A stretch of 64,000 nt of DNA from Octopus bimaculoides (Eukaryota), in the NCBI RefSeq assembly GCF_001194135.2, contig NC_068999.1, positions 47,881,887 to 47,945,886 on the forward strand, read 5' to 3'. The notes under the pieces were generated by a model. It was not told the DNA's origin. It saw nothing but the letters and a program-made list of their open reading frames with translations, and did no database searches. Shown piece after piece: positions 53,183 to 64,000 of the stretch. The position numbers and the translations under genes are program-made. Within the stretch, counting starts at the first letter, position 1. Each line of letters opens with the position of its first letter.

Positions 53183-53989
53183 CTAAAAAATCAAATAGGA
53201 TTTGTAAAAGTTTTATTTTTCAATTTTTTTTTGCCAAAAAATAATAATAATGGTTTCAAATTTTGGCACAAAGCCAGCAATTTCAGTGGCGGGCTAAGTC
53301 AATTACATCAACCCTGGTGCACAACTGGAACTTACTTAATTAACCCCAAAAGGATGAAAGGCAAAATTGACCGTGGCAGAATTTGAACTCAGAACACTAA
53401 GTATTTTGTCTGACATGCTAATGATTCTTCCAGCTTGCTGCCTTAATAATTGTTTCAAATTTTGCCACAAGGGCTGAAATTTTGGGGTAGAGAATGAGTT
53501 GATTACATCGACCCCAGTGTTCAATTGGTTCTTATTCTATCGACCCCGAAAGGATGAAAGGCAAATTCAACCGTGGTGAAATTTGAATGTAGAATGGAAA
53601 GACAGACAAAATGCCGCTAAACCTTTTGCTTGGCATGCTATTGGTTCAGCCAGCTCACTCACCTTAATTATCCTTTCTACTAAAAACACAAGGCCTGAAA
53701 TTTTGAGGGAGGGGGACTCGTCGATTATATCAACTCCAGTGTTTCACTGGTACTTAATTTATCGACCCCTAAAGGATAAAAGGGGAAGTTGACCTCAGCG
53801 GAATTTGAACTCAAAATGCCACAACGCATTTTGTCCAGCGTGCTAATGATTCTGCCAGCTCATCTTCTTAATCACCACCTTAATAATAGTAATAATAATA
53901 ATAGAATGATAAAATTATAAAGCTAATAAAATATTTTGAAAAACAAAAATTATAAAAGTAGTAAATATATTTTGGATGTCTTCTTACAT

Positions 53990-54860
53990 ATCATCACTCC
54001 CCCTTTCTCTTCCTCCTACCTGTGTGTCAAGACTACCACCAGAACAAGACTTTTTGTTGGTGGCAAGATGTGTTGTGTAGGAAGAGCCCAACACATGGCT
54101 AGAAATGACAAGAACTTTCAAGAAGAAAATTCTGGGTTAGGATAGGGTTGAAGAACCTGACTCAATGAAATCTGAGATGCTAGACAGGATCTTCGACCTA
54201 ATAGAGATTACAAGAGGACAACACCTGCAGGTGGTATGGGTATGAAAGGCTTAGATGCTGCAAATGTGGTAACACCAATCATCTCAAGTCCTTCTACTTC
54301 CAACAACAACAAAGTAACTGCTGAAAGAAGCTTCCCTCCACTACTGCCAATACCACAGCGTCAAAAACACCAATAACTGCAACTACTACTTCACCAACTG
54401 CAATGGTAACATCGACGCCACTTGCAGGAATGGAAGCAACACCTATAAAAATAGCAACAACACCAATAGGGAAAGAATCGGCAACAGCAACGAAAACAAG
54501 AAACGAAGTTCTGTCCTCAAAGGTTACAACACTATTAACGACATCGATAATAGCAACAGTAAGATTTAGTAATGATAGAAAAAAACTAGACAAGGAGACC
54601 AAGTTAGAAATGTAGAAGACACACCTAGAATGGTATTGAGACCGATGGGTTAGCGGCAAGATTAGCTCTCGACCATTTCGTCAACGCGCAGCACGAAAGC
54701 TGCTTTGTCAGAGCTAAGACGCAAGATCTTATACACCAAGAAATGAAAACTATTTCATGCACCCGAGTGGTGGAGGTACAAAGTGGTCACAGAGTAAGGT
54801 TCTTGCTTCAGCGAATCATAATGAGAGCGTACTAATCAATTCCAGACAGCTGTATGCAGA
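53990..54860 (+). mobile_element. Decayed LINE ORF1-like (Tx1-type) remnant in LPMO intron 1
   Basis: RCCKCGNTNHLKSFY near 54250 is a CCHC knuckle with the last Cys as TAC (one transition from TGC). It is followed by a Ser/Thr-rich tract and fragmented frames. Confidence 0.45.
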
Positions 54861-54974
54861 TTTTCAGCGGCACTTCGCTTGGCTGTTTAGTCCGAGTGGC
54901 GGATTGTATCGCAGGATGAATTCAGTGCCTATTTCGTTAAACAAGTTAAAAGAAAGTGCGAAACGCATTCTTAC

Positions 54975-55145
54975 CCCTACTCCACCGCAATTGTGTCCGT
55001 TATCATCATAATCTGGAGGAGTGTTATATCCAAAGCGCCACATGCTTGTTCTTGAAGGAGGTTCCAATAGACGTCCATGACCAAAGACAAAAGGCAATAA
55101 AATTGCAAAATTCACATAAAATATTTCTCTGTATATTAACTTCAT
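54975..55145 (-). CDS. AA15-type lytic polysaccharide monooxygenase (chitin-binding type-4 domain), exon 1: signal peptide + HGRLLEPPSRTSMWRFGYNTPPDYDDNGHNCGGVG
   Basis: A 22-aa hydrophobic leader ending VFG is directly followed by His (His1 of the Cu brace). HGRLxxPPxRxSMWRFG is the AA15 N-terminal motif. Donor GTAAGA. Confidence 0.93.
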
Positions 55146-55196
55146 TATTTTGAAAATGTGAAATCAAATCTGGAAAGAGACACATTCAAGAACATG

Positions 55197-55202
55197 TTTA
55201 TA
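55197..55202 (-). promoter_or_regulatory. Possible TATA box of the LPMO gene
   Basis: TATAAA on the - strand 52 nt upstream of ATG 55145. An acceptor-like TCTTTCCAG between the two could instead mark a 5'UTR intron. Confidence 0.25.
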
Positions 55203-55269
55203 GTATGTTAATACTTAATCTGTATTAAAATCAACAAAAATGGTAAGTTATGTGGTAACCTGCAAGTTC

Positions 55270-55447
55270 ATAAAAAAGCATTGAACTCTGTAAAGAACTT
55301 TTGGAGTCGAGAACCATCAAAACTGGAAATTCCCAGAACAAATTAGAGTGCAGAACGAGCAATTAAGTGCCTTCAAGATCTTTATGATGTTTGTAAAAAG
55401 AAGGAGAAACTTCAGCTTCGATTTATTTTATCTAACAAAATATATTA
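55270..55447 (+). mobile_element. Possible DNA-transposase C-terminal remnant
   Basis: IPRTN*SAERAIKCLQDLYDVCKKKEKLQLRFILSNK resembles the hAT-like PxTNxxAER motif. Confidence 0.3.
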
Positions 55448-56041
55448 ATCCCTTGTTATGTTTAAAAATTTGCCAACATTCAGTACCCTCTTTCTCATAC
55501 AGTTATTTAGAATTGGAATTAAACCTATAAAGTTAAAAATATGTATTGTTTTTAATTTTGTATGTTATCGAATGCTTGTAGTAGCCCCTGTCTTAAAATG
55601 GCCTACTTTTGAACCTTTGCACGGAGCAATTTCAATTCAGTAATCTTAAAACTGTATAGACACACTTTTATTCCACCTCTCTTGTGTTTACAAGGATTTA
55701 GGCAGTGGAAATACTGAAGTATGAATCTAGTGCCACCTCGTGATTATAGTTTAAAAAGCCCGTAACTCCAAAACTACTTCAATTAGAAAGCTGAGATTTC
55801 AGATATACTATTTCTGCATTGCATTGAGTTAGCACATCAGGTTTGGTAAAAACTTGAGCAGGCGTTATGAACTACCTTAGAATTTTGCATGATTTGGGTC
55901 AAAAGTGGTGATCGATTTCTTAAGTTAGGAGTGACGTTTTTTGTTTTTCAAATAGAGCAAAATAAATGTTAGTTTCCTGACTTTTATGAAATTATTCATC
56001 GAATTACAGTATAGGGTTATTAGGTTGTGAAAAAGTCATAA

Positions 56042-56075
<34 letters not shown>

Positions 56076-56079
<4 letters not shown>

Positions 56080-56416
56080 TGAGACCCCTTTCGGTCATGA
56101 CTGACCATGGGATTGCACCTAGAAAGTTACCCTCCCAGGCACAAGTCCAGGCAAGGTTGTTTATGGAAGACCAGCAGTTACCCGTGCATACCGGCCTCTC
56201 CTCTCCACACCACCAGTGTTATCCAAGGGAAAGGCAAAGGCCGATACAGCTTGGCACCAGTGACGTCGCAACTCATTTCTACAGCTGCGTGAACTGGAGC
56301 AACGTGAAATAAAGTGTCTTGCTCAAGAACACAACACGCAGCTCGGTCCGGGACTCGAACTCACAACCTCACAATCATAATCTCGACGCTCTAACCACTG
56401 AGCTATGCGCCTTCAC
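56076..56416 (-). mobile_element. SINE family D, full-length tRNA-headed copy
   Basis: Minus-strand head GGCGCATAGCTCAGTGGTTAGAGCG...GAGTTCGAGTCCCGG (A/B boxes), then GTGTTGTGTTCTTGAGCAAGACACTT. Related copies at 13190-13490 and 59270-59385. Confidence 0.85.
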
Positions 56417-56462
56417 ACACACACACACACACACACATATACATATGCACAGACAGAAAGAC

Positions 56463-56463
<1 letters not shown>

Positions 56464-56529
<66 letters not shown>

Positions 56530-56570
56530 CAGATAGATAGATAGATAGATACATACATACATACATACAT
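56464..56570 (+). repeat. (AGAT)n-(ACAT)n tetranucleotide microsatellite
   Basis: Direct inspection; the opposite-strand (TCTA)n occurs at about 57678-57720. Confidence 0.95.
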
Positions 56571-57069
56571 TATTCATTGATTGCACTTATACTTATTTGA
56601 GCAAATAATTTGATACATTTTTGGTACTGACAGACTTCATGTCAGAAGAAAAGGTCCTTTGTGTGTCATATGGCATAATAACCAAGTGCTCAAAAGTTAT
56701 GAGAACGACATCACATAGATCGATAGTGATGTCTGGAAAGTGATACGTGGCATATCACAATAAGATTATGTATAAGGACGATGACAATATTGATTTCAGA
56801 TCTTGGTACAAGGCCAGTAAGTTCCGGAGTTTGAACTCAGAACGTGAAGTATTTCACCCGGCGTGCCAACTCGACGCTTTAAGGATGATGATATTAACCT
56901 AAATAGCCACTCTTGGACTCGTAATCATTATACCACATCGCATCTTGAAGGTTATGCTTTTGTAGACCTAAAGTAGGACATAACTACGAAATACCTAATG
57001 AACAAAAACAGACTGAGTACTCTTAAACTTCCAAGATGTAACTGAAAATTTCGATTATGTTACACTTTT

Positions 57070-57460
57070 CAGGAAGACATCTTGCGAATGACAATTAGTT
57101 TCCCGCCAGAAGTCATCAAGATGTTCTTTCCATTGTGTCATGCTTGCTGTTGCTAAAATATGTAATGCCATCAAAAAGAAAGACCACTCTGAGATAGATA
57201 CAGAAAATTCCCGTTTTGAATGCATTCATACATATCAGCACAAGGAATATTAGCGGAACTTTCACATCAAAACTTCTGTTGAGGGTAAATATAACAGACC
57301 TGGTATAGTTATCGGGGACTGTTAAAAGAAAAATCGTGGATAGTCATGCAGGTTAGCTGTCCTGAAGGTGTGGACATCTCTTCTACAATCAGAGAGAAGG
57401 AGAATATTTATTATTGGTTGATTCTAAATCTGCAGCTTCTCTCCGTTGATACCAAATCCA
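57070..57460 (+). mobile_element. Second, more decayed fragment of the same R4-like family
   Basis: VAKICNAIKKK...HKEY*RNFHIKTSVEGKYNRPGIV...VSCPEGV...EKENIY...NLQLL aligns by eye with the copy at 59500-60000. Confidence 0.75.
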
Positions 57461-57676
57461 TATTCAATAATTATTGAACTATTTTGTTACGTAAATAAAT
57501 ATTTAAGTAACATTTCGGAAAATTGGGATTTAAGCAAAGAAAAGAAAGTGAAAAGCTGACACACTTTACCAATATAATGTGTAAGCGGAACAGCACAAAT
57601 ATGCAAGACTTTCTAAAGTTTAGCATGTCATACTCATCATCGATCGTCGTTATTTAAGTATCAATATATCAATGCG

Positions 57677-57720
<44 letters not shown>

Positions 57721-57861
57721 CAGATAGATAGATAGATATATATATATAGATATACATACATATGTGTATTAATATCAATATATATATGTGTGGGTGTATT
57801 ATATATATGTATGTATGTATGTACGTATGTATTTATGTATGTATGTATGTATGTATGTATG

Positions 57862-57966
<105 letters not shown>

Positions 57967-58038
57967 TCATACATACATATAGATTTATATGTGTACATAC
58001 ACACGCACACACACTATATGAATACATATATATACATT

Positions 58039-58075
<37 letters not shown>

Positions 58076-59399
58076 TCATATTTACTATGTATATGTATAC
58101 ATGCGCACAAATATATTTGACAGTTAACTTACCTTGGAAAAGAAAAAAAAGGACGTTATAATTGCATTGCCAAGGTGTAAAAAGGTAATTCTAGATGGAG
58201 AGATTGTAAATGTTTGACTAGAATATCACGTGGTCATTTCTCTTTGCACTCAGCCAGTTTGAACAATTGTATCCCTTAACATACCCAATAGCAAGTTTAG
58301 GAAGAATCTATTTAGGTGAGTGTATATATAAGCTTTATACATTCTCAGTGGTTGTGTTTCATGAGAATCACAAACAAACGTTACAGAAAACACACCGCTT
58401 AAATATATTGGCTAAATAAACTTACTTTCCTGAGGATATAATAATAAAAAAGCATTTAGAAATTTCTTAGCAATTTAGGTCAACGTATTCTTTATTTTTT
58501 ATACAAACAATTAAATACGGTATTACAAAAGAAATATTTACGTTGTTCGATGAAAAATATCAATAGGCACAATTAATCCTTTTTGCCAGAAGCTTTTCCA
58601 GCAGGATTATAGGGAACAGGTAAATTATTGTCGTTATCATTAGATTTTTATCGTCCATTATTTAAATTTAATTGTAATTTGATACTAATTTCATGACATT
58701 CAGTGCAAATCGCTTTGTTTTCTTATCTTATGGATGGTTAAATGGAACGCTATCGCGGTACAGATAGGCTTACATTTTTTAAGTGAATTATCTAACAATT
58801 TTTAAATTGCGTGCTTTGTGTGAGNNNNNNNNNNNNNNNNNNNNNNNNNNNNNNNNNNNNNNNNNNNNNNNNNNNNNNNNNNNNNNNNNNNNNNNNNNNN
58901 NNNNNNNNNNNNNNNNNNNNNNNNNNNNNNNNNNNNNNNNNNNNNNNNNNNNNNNNNNNNNNNNNNNNNNNNNNNNNNNNNNNNNNNNNNNNNNNNNNNN
59001 NNNNNNNNNNNNNNNNNNNNNNNNNNNNNNNNNNNNNNNNNNNNNNNNNNNNNNNNNNNNNNNNNNNNNNNNNNNNNNNNNNNNNNNNNNNNNNNNNNNN
59101 NNNNNNNNNNNNNNNNNNNNNNNNNNNNNNNNNNNNNNNNNNNNNNNNNNNNNNNNNNNNNNNNNNNNNNNNNNNCCTGCGTAAATGGCATGCTTATAGT
59201 GATCAAATGTTTGCACTGTTCACTAGCTCACCCCTTCTATCAAATCAACATTGTCTGTACAGGGGCACAAGTGTGCCACTCGTCAGATGTGGAATTGATC
59301 GCAGATGAAGAGTTTTGCTCAAGAGCACAAGGCTCTGATAGGTCCGGAATTGAAACCGTGATCTCACAAACCACTGGTCCGCGTACCCTCATATGTATG

Positions 59400-60240
59400 T
59401 ATTTATGTCTCTTCTATTTTTATTATAAATCTTCCACTGAAGAGGGAGCCGGTTTCCAACAAAGATACAAGGCTCCATCTTTGGGATGTAGTTAACACAG
59501 ACTAATTCATATTTGGAACTTGAGAAAAGTCTTGCATATTCTTCCTGTTCCACTCAGAAACTGCACTTGTAATATATGAATTAGCCGGTCGATTTCTCTT
59601 TCTGAAAATCCCAGTTTATCCAGATTTTCCTTTAAGCACTTACTAACAAAACCTAGTGCTCCGATTATTATTAGTATGAATATGAATTCATAGTCTGGAT
59701 ATAGAAGCTGGAGGTTTCGAAGCAGTTGTCCATGCATATCCTCTTTTTCTTCGATTTTCAAAGAGATATTTATATCTGCGGGCAGCTAACCTCTATGACA
59801 GTACATACCTTTGCCCTTCTGTCCCAAACAACAATATCCGACCTGTTATATTTACATTTGACAGAAGTTTTGATGGGAATATTCCACCAGTATTCCTTGA
59901 GTTGGTGTTTATGAATGTATTCCATAACAGAGGGGTTTTCTAAGTTTATTTCAGGACAATCTTTTTGCGGATGGCATTGTAAATTGTTTTAGCGACAACA
60001 TCGTACCGCATAGGGAGGTAGTACCGTGACGACATTTTAGGACAGTTGCTAATCACATGCGTGATGTCTTCCACAGAAACATGACATAACCTACACATGC
60101 GGTTGCACCTTGGGATTACGAGGGCGTCACTGTCCCTCTTGTCCACCAGGTACTTTGTGGCAATCTCCTGTTCCTGGATTGCAAACGCATAGCCTTCAAA
60201 GTGTCAATTCTACTGTCTTCTTCAAGCTTCCGGGCAACAT
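59400..60240 (-). mobile_element. R4/Dong-like non-LTR retrotransposon 3' end (CCHC finger + restriction-like endonuclease), decayed
   Basis: EGYAFAIQEQEIATKY...CRLCHVSVEDITHVISNCP...RYDVVAKTIY...YNRSDIVVWD...IEVSCP...EKED...LQLLYP...IIIGALG, followed by a short 3'UTR. Confidence 0.85.
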
Positions 60241-60434
60241 ACCCATGAATATGTATGTATGTATGTATGCAATATTTACAGTTTTACCAGCAAAAACACT
60301 GTAATGTGCATACATTACCTCCGCAGATCTTTCAAGACCAATGAAGCAGATGGTGGAAGAAATCAAGACATCGAATCATCCTTGAACTAACAACCTGGTC
60401 TGGATGCTTGCTATAGAATCGATTTTTTAATAGT

Positions 60435-60665
60435 ACCTAGGCGCAGCATCCAAATATTGGTGGTCGATCCTATGAAAAGCTTTGGATTGATCCAAATTGA
60501 CCTGGGTCCCATCCATGCCAAGTTCCTTACCTACCGTCACTACGATGTAGCGCGTGAAGTGGATGTTGTCGGGAATCGATCCATTTGGGATAGTGCATAT
60601 CTGCGCGTCACCGTCTACTTTATTGATGACAAGATCCAACCTCTTGGTTAACACTTTGGCCAAAA
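60435..60665 (-). mobile_element. Tx1/L1-clade LINE RT fragment
   Basis: LLAKVLTKRLDLVI...Q..IPNGSIPDNIHFTRYI...LDQSKAFHRIDHQYL matches the L1/Tx1 RT motif DQSKAFDRVDH. Confidence 0.8.
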
Positions 60666-61289
60666 GTCCAAAAATATTAAACATAAAAAAATGCTTTTTT
60701 GTTTTTGTTTTGAGGTTTCACATTAATTTTTATTATTCTGTTTATGTATTAAAATATGTACACATTAAAAAAGTCAAAATATAAAATTTCACTCGTTAAA
60801 AAACTAATTATTAATTATCTAATTAGAATATAACATTATTTTAAAATTAAACATTGCTTAAAAATATATTTATTCAAAGTTAATATTTGGGGTTACTTTC
60901 CAATTTTTGCATCACTTGAAGCCACGGAAATAAAAGCTGCTTTTACTTCATATATAGGCATGTAATTTCCTGGCATACCAGCTCATGATTTTACAAGCTA
61001 CGAGCATATAAGTCATGGACTGGCTAGGTGATTCACCTTCAGCCCATGCAGGTGCGTGATGCTGACAAGCCACAAAAATGGTGAAACATCGATGTCCATC
61101 ACTCCCAAATGGGATGGAGGGGGAGTTATCTCGCCTGTCCATGACTAAGGGTGTTTTGACATCGATGACATGAGAGTTTATATACTCCGCTACGCCATTG
61201 CAGCCATAAGAAAACACACAAAGCATATACATTAGTGTATGTATTTAATAATATTTATTACACTAGAGCTACTTTTATTTCATATATAT

Positions 61290-61545
61290 ATGGTGGTTGT
61301 CTACTCCTTACACAGATTTTGACCACCTCCTGCACCTACACCTTAGCCCTTTCATGGCGTCTGATGTGGCTTTTTAAACCAGACAATGTTTTGAAAAAAC
61401 ACCCACACAGATTGCACCTCTGGTTTGTACTACCAATACCTGCAGGTAAGTTCTGCTCATTGTGGATCCTAACATGTCTTTTAAGACCCCCATTGGATTT
61501 GCAAGCCCTCTGGCACACACCACATTCAAACGTGTGCACAGACAT
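61290..61545 (-). mobile_element. Two tandem C2H2 zinc fingers, probably the 3' end of a truncated LINE
   Basis: CGVCQRACKSNGGLKRHVRIH and CNLCGCFFKTLSGLKSHIRRH; non-TGEKP linker; in-frame stop shortly upstream; the stop codon is followed by about 45 nt and then an (AT)n run. Confidence 0.55.
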
Positions 61546-61602
61546 ATAATCAGAATAGCTGGTTGAAATTTATTTTCAATGGGCTCGCCGGTGAATTTCA
61601 TG

Positions 61603-61634
<32 letters not shown>

Positions 61635-63234
61635 CATATACATACACGATGGGCTTCTTTCAGTTTCATCTACCAAATTCACTCACATGGCTTTGTTTGG
61701 CTCCGAGACTATAGTAGAAGACACTTGCCCAAGGTGTCACGCAGTGAGACTGAACCCAGAACCATGTGGTTGGGAAGCAAATTTCTTACCACACAGTCAT
61801 GCCTTTCAATAATTTGGGGGGGGGGGGGTTCCGTTTATTTTTTCGAATTCTTTAAGTTATGAAGATGAAATTGAGGGAAATGGTTCGTAATAAAAACAAA
61901 GTGATACCAAACGGAAGTTCCGAACTGTTTTACTTATTTTGCTTTGTTGACTTACGTGAAGTTAGGAATAAAATAAATGTGAGATGAATGTTAAAACAAG
62001 TTGGACTTGAATTTCTGACGTTTTCTCTTCCATTTACAAAGCCGGATATTTCATAAATCAGCCTACAAGCGATTTGACTGATATTTTTGAAAGAAAAAAC
62101 AACTACAACGAAAGAAAAATAACAAACAGGTTTTTGAAAACTAAGCTGTAGACAATAGAAATGGGTTTGGAAGGTACATCACTTTTTCATACAACTTCCG
62201 GAATCTAAGTATTACAAACCATATACATCACCTTTTGTTTTCTACCCCTACGAAGCTATTTCAACATTTCCCTTTCTTTTCATATAATAATGAGTTCTAA
62301 AGTAATAGCAAAACCACAATTTTGAGGAAGGGCTAGAGAAGTTTAAATCCACGTACATATTTTCATTGGTATTATATTTTATCGACCCCATAAGGCAGCG
62401 AGCTGGTAAAAACTTTAGCGAGTGATACAAAAATGATTAGTAACATTTCCTCTGGCTCTTTACATTCTAGGTTCAAATTCTGCAAAGGTCGACTTTGCTT
62501 TCATCCTTTCGGTTGAATGAGTACCAGTAGAACAGTGGGGTCGATGTAATCTCCCTTAAAGTTCCTGGTTATGTGGCAATATTTGAAACCATTGTATTTT
62601 ATTGACTCTTAAAAAGTGGAAAGCAATAACTCATTAGGTAAAGAAACGTAACTGAACGTCTGAAGGTATTTTGTCCGACACTCCACTGATTTTGATTTAC
62701 TAATTGAAGAGATGGTCTTCTACTGTAAAGAAGTGTGTTTGTCTCCATCAGACACACACACACACACACATTTAAATAAAACAGGTTTTATTTTTTAACA
62801 AAAGAGAAATATTATACACATACACTCATTCACACACACGTATATATGCACACACACGCACATGCACAAAGACACGCACACACGTACACATATAAATTGT
62901 ATGTATGAAATTGAAGATACAAAATTCTGTTTTCACTTAATAAATGCTTTTATATAATCAAGTTTCAAGTAAATAAGTAAGTCAAGTAAATAATATATTG
63001 TATGTTTTTACAAAGTGAGTTTTAGACAAAAAGAAAACCGCATGTTATTAAAAAGTCATCGTATAAAATAATTTTACTGAATAAATATTTGTCTGTATTT
63101 TCACAAAAAAAGGAAACGACATTTTACTAACCGGTTTCCACTGTTTACTGCTCATGAAAGTTTAAAGTAGGCTCTTCAACACAATTTCTTGCCCATGTGG
63201 TGAAAGAAACACACTATACATATATTTCGATTTC

Positions 63235-63285
<51 letters not shown>

Positions 63286-63404
63286 CAACATTTATGCATA
63301 TACCTACATAAACATACATTCAGACGCACGTACAAATCCCACCCTATACACACATATAAAATCACTCCTGTTTCACGATAATTTACTCTAGTTAATAAAA
63401 AGGT

Positions 63405-63900
63405 AAGGTTACGATGGGGGCTGAGATCGCTCACCTTATCGTTTTTATTATTCTAGATAGCTCTTAAAAACGAACACACTTCTTCACAGTTCGGCCCAGA
63501 AAGGAATGACGGCCTGGCAAACTTAAACAGTAGAAACGGTCGTTCCATGGATTAGTTCAGGAAGAATATTTCGAAAACAAAATCGTTAAAAAGTTTGGCC
63601 AACTGTAACAGTTACTATCGACTTAACAAAAGTCGTCGTCCTCGGTGTTACCCTATATCTCCTGACAGGCAAGTATTAACTCCTACAGAAAGTTCAATGA
63701 GGAAACTGTTTATATCCATAGAATCTCCAACCACTTGCAGCTGTGATTAAAAACTCATTTACAAGCATTAACATAAGGTTCTTGAATCTATCTCCTGTTA
63801 GAGAGATCGGCAGGGGTTGCACCCCATTATAACGAGGTACTATCGAGGAGTGACTTTACTAATAAGTTCGTATATATGGAAGATCGTTCACCTTATAACC
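63405..63900 (+). mobile_element. Penelope-like element RT remnant
   Basis: VTMGAEIAHLIVFIILD, FGPERNDGLA (cf. GLYRDDGL), VLGVTLYLLTGKY and YIHRISNH occur in PLE order, with stops and frameshifts. Confidence 0.65.
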
Positions 63901-64000
63901 GGAGTTTTAGAAAGAAAAAGTAATCCCTTTTAATTTTCCGTTCAGTCTACATGTTTCCACTAATACAGCTGATTAGACATCACTTCTTAAACACCTATAG

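Noticed and set aside
56340-56416. tRNA-like sequence with A and B boxes
   Set aside because: No proper acceptor or anticodon stem, and it continues into a SINE body; it is a SINE head.

Overview
AT-rich, microsatellite- and SINE-saturated animal genomic DNA with nine N-gaps. The repeat families and composition look like an octopus (coleoid cephalopod) scaffold; the species assignment is inference. Three spliced genes can be reconstructed with GT-AG, phase-compatible exons. (1) Rab27 small GTPase on + (secure exons 31661-37866; probable start exon at 25104; possible untranslated first exon ending 7142). (2) LanC-like protein LANCL3 on - (4 exons, 45893-38770, 413 aa), convergent with Rab27. 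(3) A secreted AA15-type lytic polysaccharide monooxygenase (chitin-binding type-4 domain) on - (4 exons, 55145-48925, 287 aa) with an intact His-brace. The rest is introns and intergenic DNA carrying at least four SINE families, decayed LINEs (CR1, RTE, Tx1/L1, R4-like), a Penelope-like remnant, a dead Tc1 transposase, hAT- and piggyBac-type MITEs and several fold-back elements, two of which sit in a single Rab27 intron. No rRNA, bona fide tRNA or CRISPR array was seen. Nearly all long ORFs in the supplied track are microsatellite or N-gap artefacts. No clearly new multi-gene system was found. The best leads are the cephalopod AA15 LPMO with an apparently clipped C-terminal Cys module, the intronic hairpins and the N-terminally extended Rab27.
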